Source of the DNA: an uncultured Candidatus Binatia bacterium
GTDB taxonomy: Bacteria; Desulfobacterota; Binatia; DP-6
Reading direction: 5' to 3'
Length of the DNA: 64,000 nt
NCBI GenBank assembly: GCA_964404165.1
Contig: CAYOIZ010000018.1
Span: 20,164-84,163 of the forward strand
Below, piece after piece: positions 41,072-49,900 of this stretch. Numbering within the stretch: the stretch's first letter is position 1; each line of letters begins with the position of its first letter. The notes beneath the pieces are model-generated. The model saw only the letters and a program-made list of their open reading frames with translations. It did not search any database and was not told the origin of the DNA. Made by a program: the position numbers and the translations under genes.

Positions 41072-44000
41072 GTGCCAGCCTCGGGAGCAGTCCTGTCTCG
41101 TTCGCTGTCGGTCGTCGCCACGATAACCTTCGCGTGCCTGTTCTTCTGCACCGTCGCTTCGGCCAGCCAGCCGATCGTCTTCGAACCGATCGGCTTCCTG
41201 CCCGTCGCGGGCAACCTCGGAAGCCTCCCGACCGACGTGTCCGCCAATGGCTCGGTGGTCGTCGGCAAGCTCTACGACGCGTTCGACGATGAGCCTCGGC
41301 CGAGCAGCAGCTTTCGCTGGGCGGCCGGCGACATCCTGGAGCTGGAGCACTGCCAGCACCTCGAGATCGAGGTCAGCGACGACGGCAACACGATCGCCGG
41401 CGCATGCAGGGAGCCGCTCCTCGGGCACGAGGCGGCGATCTGGAAGAACGGCGAGTATCAGGTCGTGCCGCTCACCGGCGCCTTCGCCGGCAGCTACATC
41501 AACGGCGTCTCCGGCAACGGCCAGGTGCTCTTCGGCAACATGGGCGTCGAGCTCCCGGACCACCTCGACCACAACGGGGAGCCGCGCGATTCGACGCAGG
41601 TGTTCCGCGTGGCGAACGGCCTCCCGTCGGAGATCGGCCGCCTGCCGGGCGATCTCGCCAGCTACTTCATCGCCGCGTCCTTCGACGGCGGCGCGGCGGC
41701 CATCGAGAGTCAGACCCAGGGCTTCGACCCGTCGGGCACCCCCTTCGGCGACATCCACGGCGCGCGCTGGGCCACCGGCGCCGGGCCCGGGAGCGTGGGG
41801 ACGCCGCGGATGGTGGGCTCCGGGCAGGTGCAGCCCTACGACATCTCCTCGGACGGCAACACGATCGTCGGCGACAGCGAACAGATGGGTGGCTTCCGCT
41901 GGCACACCGGAACCGGGAGCCAGCCGCTGCCGCGGCCGCCCGGCGCGCTCGGCATCCTGCCCACCGCCGTCTCGGGTGACGGTTCGGTGATCGTCGGCAT
42001 GTACGCCGACGAGAACAGCAGCCTCCGCGCGTTCGTCTGGACCGAGGACGACGGCGTCCGCGATCTCCAGGACATGATGGAGGCAGAGCACGACATCGAC
42101 TTCGACGGGTGGACGCTCACCGCCGCGACCGGCGTCTCGCGGGACGGCAAGACGATCGTCGGCCACGGCATTTCGTCGACCTGGCCGTTTCCGCAGGGCT
42201 GGCGACTCGGCCCCGAGCTCTCGAACTTCGCCATCGAGTCGCAACGCACGCGCGTCCGCGTGACGCAGGTCGGCGGTGAGGTGACTGCGCTGATCCCGCG
42301 CGACGGTGTGGCGTCGAGCCTCGACGAGGCGATGCCGGAAGAGGATCTCAAGCTGCCGCTCTTCGGCACGGCCTGGATTCCCTTCCGCGTCAAGGCGACC
42401 GAACCGACGGGCGAACCCATCGTCCATCGCGACCTCCGCATCCGCGTCGGGCACGCCGAGCACGACCTCACCGACCACCTCGGCATCGTCGACCCCGACG
42501 ATCTCGACAGCGGGCCGCCCGCGCTCACGAGCGAGCTGGTCGTCACCACCGACGAGAACGGCGAGACCAAGGAGCTCTATCTCTACGCGCGCGAGCTGTT
42601 CGACGTCGTCCCCTACGCGCCGGGCACCATCGACGGCATCGATCTGTCGGCCGTCGAGATGCTCGACGTGATGGCGTTCCTCGACGGCATCTTCGAGGAC
42701 GCGCCGTACATCGAGGTCGAGAGCGCGGGCGGGGAGGCGCTCGTCCCGCTGCGCGAAGACGTCACCGTCATCAACACGCTCGGACGGATCATCGAGGCCT
42801 ATACCGTCGACGGGTTCCACATCCCGGTGGCCGAGCAGTTCGGGCGCGTCGGCGACAACCGTCGCGACGAGCTGCTGATCGTCTGTCAGGAGTTTCAGGA
42901 GCTGTCGCTCATCTACCTGAACCTGATGCGACACGACCTGCTGCGCACGTGGACGCCGACCACCGCGATCCCGCCGTATGGCGACACCTCGGTCTCGCCG
43001 TGGCCGCCGGTCGAGTACGTCCAGACCGACTGGCTCCTCGCCGGCCTCGACTACACGCCGACGCAGTGGGCGTTCACCCTGACGTCGTACGAGCACCAGC
43101 AGGTGGGCGTCTATCCGGCAGGACGCCTGCCCGAGGGCTCCCTCAGCGGCTTCGACGACGACGCGTTCATCCTGTTCTTCGACGCCTACTGGCCGCGCTC
43201 GCTGAACGGCCAATCGCTCGAGCCCGTCCTGAGCGTCACCGAGGAGAAGGCCGCCGGCCAGGGGCGCCAGGGGGCGATCGTCCTCTCGACCTTGCCGCCC
43301 CCGAAGCAACTCGATCTGAGTCTCCTCTGGGACGCCCAGGGGAGCTGCTACGACATTCCCGATGCGCCGTACCCGGCAATCAACCCGAACGGCACCTACT
43401 ACGACAGCCCGTTCTCCACCGGCTGCCGCGTCACGTCGGCGGGCAGCCCGGTGAAGATCATGGCGATCAAGCACCCGCAGCTCGTGCGCGGCGTCGACAC
43501 CACCATCACCGGCGTGAAGCCCGAGGCGCTCGCCAAGGTCGCCAACGACTACTGGACGACCGAGGATGACGAGATCGCCCCGCGGCCGACCGTCGTCGGG
43601 CGCGTCGGCATCTCGCCGCGCGATCTCACCGTCAGCGTCGGCGTGCGCGTGAACCCGGCGATCATGGGACCGCTCGAGAAGCTGCAGGGTGCCATCGACG
43701 TGCACCAGCCGGCGGCTCAGCTCGTCGACGGCCGCGTCGCGCTCACCCGCCTGCACGTGTTCGACGACGACACCCTCGTCGTCCAGGCCGGCGACCAGAT
43801 CCCGCTCATGGGTTCGAAGGTCACGCTCGGGCCGGATCGGATCGTGCTGCTGTCGCCGGTCGTGCCGGCGATCACCTATGCGTCGGGCGCGCAGTGGGGC
43901 TTCGACGTCGCCGCGACCGCGTTCGACTTCCTCACCAATCCAGAGCGCGTGCCGCTGTCGGTGACGCTGTTCGACGAGGGCGGCGGCGCCGTCGGCACCG

Positions 44001-44770
44001 ACATCCTGCCGGGCCCGCTCGACTTCACGCTGCGCCTCACCGGAACGGGGAACGGCACGTTCAGCGTCGTCGTCATCATGACCGACGCGGGCGACCCCGA
44101 CCACGGCGCGCGGCTGGTGATGCGCGACGTGCCGGTCACGCTCGGCGAGACGTTCACGCTGTCGTTCGACGAGGCCGCGCTCACCACGCGGATGGTGCGC
44201 GACGCGACCGGCGAGACCTTCGCCGGCGTCGACGACGTCTGCCGCGACGACCCGACCGGCGACGGCGACCGCGATCTCGTCTGCGACGCCGCCGACAACT
44301 GCCCGGCGATGGCCAACGTCGACCAGACGGATACGGACGGAGACGGCGCGGGCGATGCCTGCGACACGGGCGTCGTCACCACCACCACGACGACACCGGC
44401 GTCCGCGACCACGACGACGACGCTGCTCCCCGGCTGCGGCACCGGACCGACGTTCGACGCGATCGTCTGCCGCCTCGGCGCGTTGCGCGACGACGTGGCT
44501 CGGGCCGGCCTGGGGGGCACTGCGACTCGCCTGCTGCGCACCATCGACCAGACGCTGCAGACGACGACCGCGTCGCAGCAGGCCCTCGGCACGGGTGCCA
44601 CGCCGCAGGGCAAACGCGCGCTGAAGGGCGCCGTCCGGAAGATGGTCGCGCTGACGAAACAGCTCAAGAAGCCGAAGCTGCGGAAGGCGAACCCGACGGC
44701 CGCGGCCGCGCTCGCCAGCACGGCGGCGGGCATCCTGAGCGACCTCAAGTCGTTGCGCCGGACGCTCTGA
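41072..44770 (+). CDS. large secreted protein with HAF-family extracellular repeats, thrombospondin type-3-like Ca-binding repeats and a Thr-rich linker
   Basis: Signal peptide SLSVVATITFACLFFCTVASA after a probable GTG at 41072 (the first in-frame start codon is at 40976). Repeated ..SxDGsvIVG...RAFxWT..G..DL units (HAF repeat). DDVCRDDPTGDGDRDLVCDAADNCPAMANVDQTDTDGDGAGDACD (TSP3-like). TTTTTTPASATTTTT linker. Basic C-terminal tail. Confidence 0.7.
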   Translation: MPASGAVLSRSLSVVATITFACLFFCTVASASQPIVFEPIGFLPVAGNLGSLPTDVSANGSVVVGKLYDAFDDEPRPSSSFRWAAGDILELEHCQHLEIEVSDDGNTIAGACREPLLGHEAAIWKNGEYQVVPLTGAFAGSYINGVSGNGQVLFGNMGVELPDHLDHNGEPRDSTQVFRVANGLPSEIGRLPGDLASYFIAASFDGGAAAIESQTQGFDPSGTPFGDIHGARWATGAGPGSVGTPRMVGSGQVQPYDISSDGNTIVGDSEQMGGFRWHTGTGSQPLPRPPGALGILPTAVSGDGSVIVGMYADENSSLRAFVWTEDDGVRDLQDMMEAEHDIDFDGWTLTAATGVSRDGKTIVGHGISSTWPFPQGWRLGPELSNFAIESQRTRVRVTQVGGEVTALIPRDGVASSLDEAMPEEDLKLPLFGTAWIPFRVKATEPTGEPIVHRDLRIRVGHAEHDLTDHLGIVDPDDLDSGPPALTSELVVTTDENGETKELYLYARELFDVVPYAPGTIDGIDLSAVEMLDVMAFLDGIFEDAPYIEVESAGGEALVPLREDVTVINTLGRIIEAYTVDGFHIPVAEQFGRVGDNRRDELLIVCQEFQELSLIYLNLMRHDLLRTWTPTTAIPPYGDTSVSPWPPVEYVQTDWLLAGLDYTPTQWAFTLTSYEHQQVGVYPAGRLPEGSLSGFDDDAFILFFDAYWPRSLNGQSLEPVLSVTEEKAAGQGRQGAIVLSTLPPPKQLDLSLLWDAQGSCYDIPDAPYPAINPNGTYYDSPFSTGCRVTSAGSPVKIMAIKHPQLVRGVDTTITGVKPEALAKVANDYWTTEDDEIAPRPTVVGRVGISPRDLTVSVGVRVNPAIMGPLEKLQGAIDVHQPAAQLVDGRVALTRLHVFDDDTLVVQAGDQIPLMGSKVTLGPDRIVLLSPVVPAITYASGAQWGFDVAATAFDFLTNPERVPLSVTLFDEGGGAVGTDILPGPLDFTLRLTGTGNGTFSVVVIMTDAGDPDHGARLVMRDVPVTLGETFTLSFDEAALTTRMVRDATGETFAGVDDVCRDDPTGDGDRDLVCDAADNCPAMANVDQTDTDGDGAGDACDTGVVTTTTTTPASATTTTTLLPGCGTGPTFDAIVCRLGALRDDVARAGLGGTATRLLRTIDQTLQTTTASQQALGTGATPQGKRALKGAVRKMVALTKQLKKPKLRKANPTAAAALASTAAGILSDLKSLRRTL

Positions 44771-44902
44771 CAATGCGGCAGGCAGCGTCAGTCGACCGGG
44801 CTCGAGCACCGCGCGGCCGTGGGAAGGACGCGCCCTGCCCCCAGACGCAGCGTGCCGTGCCCCACGCACGTCGTCAGCAACGTCGAGGTCTCGTACTCCG
44901 CG

Positions 44903-45964
44903 CTACCGGGGAGGCCACGGCTCGTGATCCTCGGTGACACCCCATGGCCCGGTGCACGTGCCGCTCCCGATGCCAGGTGGTGAGCAGCAGCCGGGCGTGA
45001 CGGCGTCCGTGTACGCACTCTGCGCGACCGTGATCCGGCATCCATCGGCTGTCTTCTCGGCGGTGACAGCGCTGATCAGGTAGGTGGGGATGCCCTTCCC
45101 GAACCAGGCGGGCTCCTGCGCGAGCACGCACTGATCGGACACGGCGAATTGCGCACCCGAGTTGTCGGGATTCTGCGGCGGCCCCGTCTGCACGGGCAAC
45201 GAGACGGACGTCCAGTACCAATTGTTGACCTGGATGCCGACGCCCGGGAACTGCGAGAAGTCGCCCTGGATGGTCACGGAGCCGCCACCGGCTGGAACGA
45301 CCCGCTGCCCCGGCGCGAAGACGCTGAGCGTGTTCCCGTTGGGGCACGACGTGCTCGCCGGGAGGTCGTTCGTGATCGTGAGCATCGCGCCGGTGCCGAC
45401 GCAGCTGGCAGCGGTGGCGCTGTTGACGCAGGTATCGCTTCCCCCGCCGCCCTTGCTGCGGTTGGTGCCGGCACCTCCGTCGATCCGGTCGTTGCCGCCG
45501 CCGCCGCCGATCCGGTCGTCGCCGTCGCCACCGTCGATGGTGTCGTTCCCCGCCTGTCCCTTGATCTCGTCGTTGCCGGTGCCCCCGTCGATCACATCGT
45601 CGCCTTCGCCCGCCTCGATGTCGTCCTGGCCGCCGCCGCCACAGATCGCGTCGCGCCCAGCACGCGCTGTGATCCGATCCGAGCGCGCCGTCCCGACGAT
45701 GACGTCGTCGCCGGCCGTTCCGCGCAGCACGCGCCGGTAGCGCTGGCCATCGTCCGGACCGCCGACGACCCGGTCCTCCTGCACGTAGATCGTCGCCGGA
45801 GAGCCGTTGCAGGTCGGCCGCGTCTCCTCCGCGCCGACGGTCGAGTGCGCTCCGAAGACCACGACCAGCGCCAGCGCGGCGAGCCGGCCACGCGCCGGCG
45901 CGTGCGTGGGAAGGCGGGTCCGAGCTCGTCGTGCGCGGGAACGCCGTGGGCTCGCCGTCATCAC
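44903..45964 (-). CDS. secreted calcium-binding protein with RTX (hemolysin-type) nonapeptide repeats
   Basis: Signal peptide LAALALVVVFGAHSTVGA, then about 9 tandem GGxGxDxIx-type repeats (GTAGDDVIVG ... GGGGNDRIDGGAGTN) and a Cys-containing C-terminal domain. Confidence 0.75.
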   Translation of the reverse strand: MMTASPRRSRARRARTRLPTHAPARGRLAALALVVVFGAHSTVGAEETRPTCNGSPATIYVQEDRVVGGPDDGQRYRRVLRGTAGDDVIVGTARSDRITARAGRDAICGGGGQDDIEAGEGDDVIDGGTGNDEIKGQAGNDTIDGGDGDDRIGGGGGNDRIDGGAGTNRSKGGGGSDTCVNSATAASCVGTGAMLTITNDLPASTSCPNGNTLSVFAPGQRVVPAGGGSVTIQGDFSQFPGVGIQVNNWYWTSVSLPVQTGPPQNPDNSGAQFAVSDQCVLAQEPAWFGKGIPTYLISAVTAEKTADGCRITVAQSAYTDAVTPGCCSPPGIGSGTCTGPWGVTEDHEPWPPR

Positions 45965-46140
45965 CTTCTCGTATGCAGCCCGCGTCCGCCCCGCTCAAGC
46001 GCCCGCGCGACGCGGATGGTGGCGCAGTACTCGACGTCCAGGGAATGGCAATCTGCGCACTGGTGACCTATCCATGCCATCCATGAACCGTACAGCGTTG
46101 CTCGTGTTCCTCTGCGCCGCTGTCGTCGCGCAGCGATTCC

Positions 46141-46650
46141 ATGGCTGAGCGATACCGAGACGAAACCATCCTGGCGCGTTGGGTCGTCGATGCGGACGCC
46201 CTGCGCGAGTTTGCGCGGGAGTCTCGGCTCCGGTCGAAGCGCTCTTTCGTCCCGGTGGAGCTGCTGAAGGAATGCGACAAGCATTCCGCCGGTGCGGGCA
46301 TCGAGGTCGTGCTTCGGGAGGATGCGTTCTTCGTCGGCGAATGGAGTTCGCCCAATGCGTTCTCGCAGGTCCACGTGCATGAGACGTGGATGCAATTCAT
46401 CGGAGACGAGGGCTACCAGATCCCAGTGCCGCTGGCTCGCGGCGCGAGAGCGGAGGCGGAGCGGATCGCGGCGCACTATGAGACGCTGTACACGCGCGAA
46501 CGCGAGGAGGCGATACGACGGTTCGCCGAAGAACGGGCGAGGCCAACGTGGAACAACCGCCTCCTCAACTTCGTCGAGGCCCATTTCATCTGGCTTTTGC
46601 TCGGCTTCTTCTTCGTCCTGATCCCGCTCCTCGTTCTGCTGGTCGGATGA
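46141..46650 (+). CDS. hypothetical tail-anchored protein with atypical codon usage
   Basis: 169-aa ORF with a C-terminal TM helix FIWLLLGFFFVLIPLLVLLVG. Many A/T-ending codons (ttt, tct, cat, ctt, aat, caa, gga, aga, tat, ata, gtt), unlike neighbouring genes whose third-position GC is near saturation. Confidence 0.5.
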   Translation: MAERYRDETILARWVVDADALREFARESRLRSKRSFVPVELLKECDKHSAGAGIEVVLREDAFFVGEWSSPNAFSQVHVHETWMQFIGDEGYQIPVPLARGARAEAERIAAHYETLYTREREEAIRRFAEERARPTWNNRLLNFVEAHFIWLLLGFFFVLIPLLVLLVG

Positions 46651-46782
46651 CGAAGCCTCCGCCGATCGAACGTCCGGACGTGGCCCCCCCTGCCCGCCTG
46701 GCGCAATGGCACCGGCGGGGCGCATGGGGCCCAGGGCCCAGAGGGCGTTGGACGTCGGCGGCACGAGACGCGCGCACGCCGA

Positions 46783-46817
46783 GCGTTCAATTTCGCGTTC
46801 AATTTGCGTTCGATCAC
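46783..46817 (+). repeat. AT-rich tandem direct repeat (gcgttcaattt x2 + ttcgatcac) upstream of the giant secreted-protein gene
   Basis: cgttcaatttcg-cgttcaatttgcg-ttcgatcacg sits about 90-120 nt upstream of ATG 46904 in an otherwise 70+% GC context. Candidate regulator-binding site or promoter element. Confidence 0.3.
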
Positions 46818-46903
46818 GTCGGAAGGCTTCCAAACCCCGTGGTCCCCTGCGATCGTGCGCCCGCCGGGTACCCGAGCCCGCACCAGAAAGGCCACGAGAT
46901 CCA

Positions 46904-49900
46904 ATGCGGCGAGCCGTCATCCTCTCATCCGTCCTGGCTACCCTCCTCGGCGTCACCGCGTCCGCCCGCGCCGCCTGCAACCTGATCCCCGGCACGGAGA
47001 AGACCTTCGGCTCGGTGCTCGGTGCTGCCAACCGCCCGTTCGCGGCGCCCGGCGAGCGGTTCGAGCTGCGGCTCCGCAAGTGCGACGCCTCGACGGGCTT
47101 CCTACCGGGTGGCGGCGATCACGTCGTCACGCTGGCGTTCAAGCCGCCGTCGGGCAGCGACACGCGCATCGTCGTGCTGGCCGCGGACTGCAGCGGGATC
47201 GACCTGACACCGTGCGGCGCGCCGCCAGGGGTCGTGTCGGCCACGTGCCGCGAGGTGACCGCCGGGGAGCTCGCGACGCGCGCCGACCTGGACGAGGGCG
47301 ACCGCCGCCTCGTCATCACCTTCCCCGACACCGACGACCTCGTCGCGGGCGCCGCCGATGACCTCACGCTCTCGGGCCCGGTGGCGATCGGCGTGACGGC
47401 CGCCGGGGCGCCGCCGGCATGCGGGCTCGCGACGGGGACGTGCGCGGCGCAGACGGGGCTCGTCGCCTGCATCGACCAGTTCTTCGCCAGCGACGGCGCC
47501 TGCGGCACGGCGGTGGCGAACCAGACCTTTGCGACGTTCACGGCGCTGCCGCCGCCGAACGACTACCAGGCCGACTGCTTCAGCGAAGACCCGCCCTGCA
47601 CGGCAACGGCGACGGAGGTGCGCGCAGCGGTCGACGGGGCGGGCAACCTCCTGATCCCGATGGGGTGGGGCGGAGTCCTGGTCGCCGACGCCGGGGTGCC
47701 GGTGCCGCGGCTGGTGCGGACACGGCTCGGCTCGCCGCTGCCGTTCTCGGTCCCGGGGCAGATGTTCCTCGGGTCGTTCACGCCCGAGGGCGGTCTCTTG
47801 CCACCCATCCTGGAGCCGCAGCTCGATCCCACCGTAGCGGCCCCCGACGTGGTGACGTTCTTCGGCTCGGTGGATGCGCCGTACACCATCATCCGCGTCG
47901 CCAAGCGGCACGGGACGTGCGCCGGCGGCAGCGAGGCGGGCGCGCGCTGTTCCACCAACCTCGACTGCAAGGGTGGGCTGTGCGCCACGTCGTGCGTCGA
48001 GGCGCCGGGCACGCCGTGCACGGTCGACGGCGACTGTCCGAGCGGGGCATGCGGGCGGCTGTTCGACTTCACGCCGCTAGTGGCGAGCGGCGCACCGGTG
48101 GTGCTGCCGCGGAGCGTGCCGCACTTCTGCCAGCTCGCGCCGCACGCGGCGTGCGCGGGCCCCGGCGATTGCCCGGCGGTGGGTGACGCGTGCGTGACCT
48201 ACGCGCTCGAAGCGACGACGCCGGTGCCGCTCGACGGGTTGGCAGCGAGCCAGACGGCGCGCACGTTCACGATCAGCGAGTCGATCGACGGCGTCGACCG
48301 CAACGGCGACGGCGACACCAACGACTCGGTGATGACCTTCCGCGCCCGCGCCAGCGGGCAGCAGAACGCGCTCGGCGCCACCGCCGGCTGCGGGCTCTCC
48401 GGCACGCCCGAGGGCCGCGCCGCGATCCGCGTGCAGGAGGCCCCCTTCAGCTTCCCCGCCGTCGCCGTCGAGAACGACGTGCTGGCCTTCCTCGAGTCCG
48501 AGTACGGCCAGCTCGCCTGCGACCAGACCGGCGACTTCGACTTCTCCGACGGCATCCTCCGCATCTTCCGCCTCGGCATCGGCGAGACGCCGATCGCCAC
48601 GGCGCGCGCCGTCGACGTCGCGCCGCGGATCGACGGCGCGCCGGTCGCGGTCGCGAACGGGCGCGCCTACGTGCGGACGTCGGAGGCCGACATGGGCCGC
48701 CACGGTGTCGCGCGCGCGAGCCGGAGCTTCGGAGGTGGTGACGCCAACGCCGCGTCGTACGCCGGGGACGTCTCCGCCGACGGGCGCTACGTCGTCTACA
48801 GCAGCAACGCGAGCAACCTGATCGCCCCGGGGCTCGACACCGGGGGGCTCGGCGACCTCTTCCGCTACGACCGCCAGACGGGCACCACCGTGCGCGTCAG
48901 CGAGGCCTTCGGTGGTGGGTCGCCGAACGGCTATTCGGGCGACCCGAGCATCTCGGCCGACGGCCGGTTCGTGGCGTTCGACAGCACGGCGACGAACCTG
49001 CTCGCGGCGCCGGTGGGCGACGGGTTCACCAGCGCGGTGTACGTGCGCGACCTCCAGATGGGCACCACCGAGCTGGTGAGCGAGGCCTTCGGCGGCGGGT
49101 TCCCGAACGGCACCTCCTTCCTGCCCGCCATCTCCGACGACGGCCAGGTGATCGCCCTCGTCAGTCGCGCCTCCGACCTCCTGGCCCCCGGCGAGGACAC
49201 GAACAACGACCAGGACGTCTTCGTCTACGACCGCGTCGCCGACACGATCGAGCGCGTGTCCGTCTTTTCGAACGGCGCCGAGGCCCCCGCCCCGGGGCTC
49301 GGTGCGGGCACACTCGTGATGACCGGCGACGGCCGCTTCGTCACATTCTTGAGCGATCAGGGCTTCGACCCGGCGGATACCAACGGCATGGCCGACCTCT
49401 ACCTGCGCGACCGCGTGCTCGGAACGACCGAGCTGGTGAGCGTCGCGTTCGCCGGCGGGGGCACCGGCAACATCACCCGGCCGGGCGGCATCTCGGCCGA
49501 CGGGCGCTACGTCGTCTTCTCGAGCTGTGACACCGGGCTGCTGCTCGCCCCCGGCAAGGACACCAACGGCCAATGCGACGTGTTCGTGCGCGATCGGGTG
49601 CGGGGCACCAACGAACGCGTGAGCGTGGCCAGCGACGGCAGCCAGATCCAGGCCGGCGGCTTCATCTTCACGGGCACGCTGGGAAACCGCGCCATGTCGG
49701 CCGACGGCCGCTTCGTGGCCTTCATCAGCCGGGCGCCGAACATGGTCCTCGGCACGCTCTTCGCGGGCGCCTACCCGGTCTTCGTGCACGACCGGGCGAG
49801 CGGCGTCACCGAGCAGGTCACGGTCGCCGCCAACGGCACCCCGGCCGAGGACTTCGGCGGCACGTTCCCGCAGCCGGCGTCGCTCTCGGCCGACGGGCGC

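Noticed and set aside
46074-46650. Programmed +1 ribosomal frameshift joining the signal-peptide mini-ORF to the 169-aa ORF
   Set aside because: No slippery heptamer or stimulatory structure is evident at the junction (ttccatggctga). A simple indel or coincidence is more parsimonious. Kept only as an observation.
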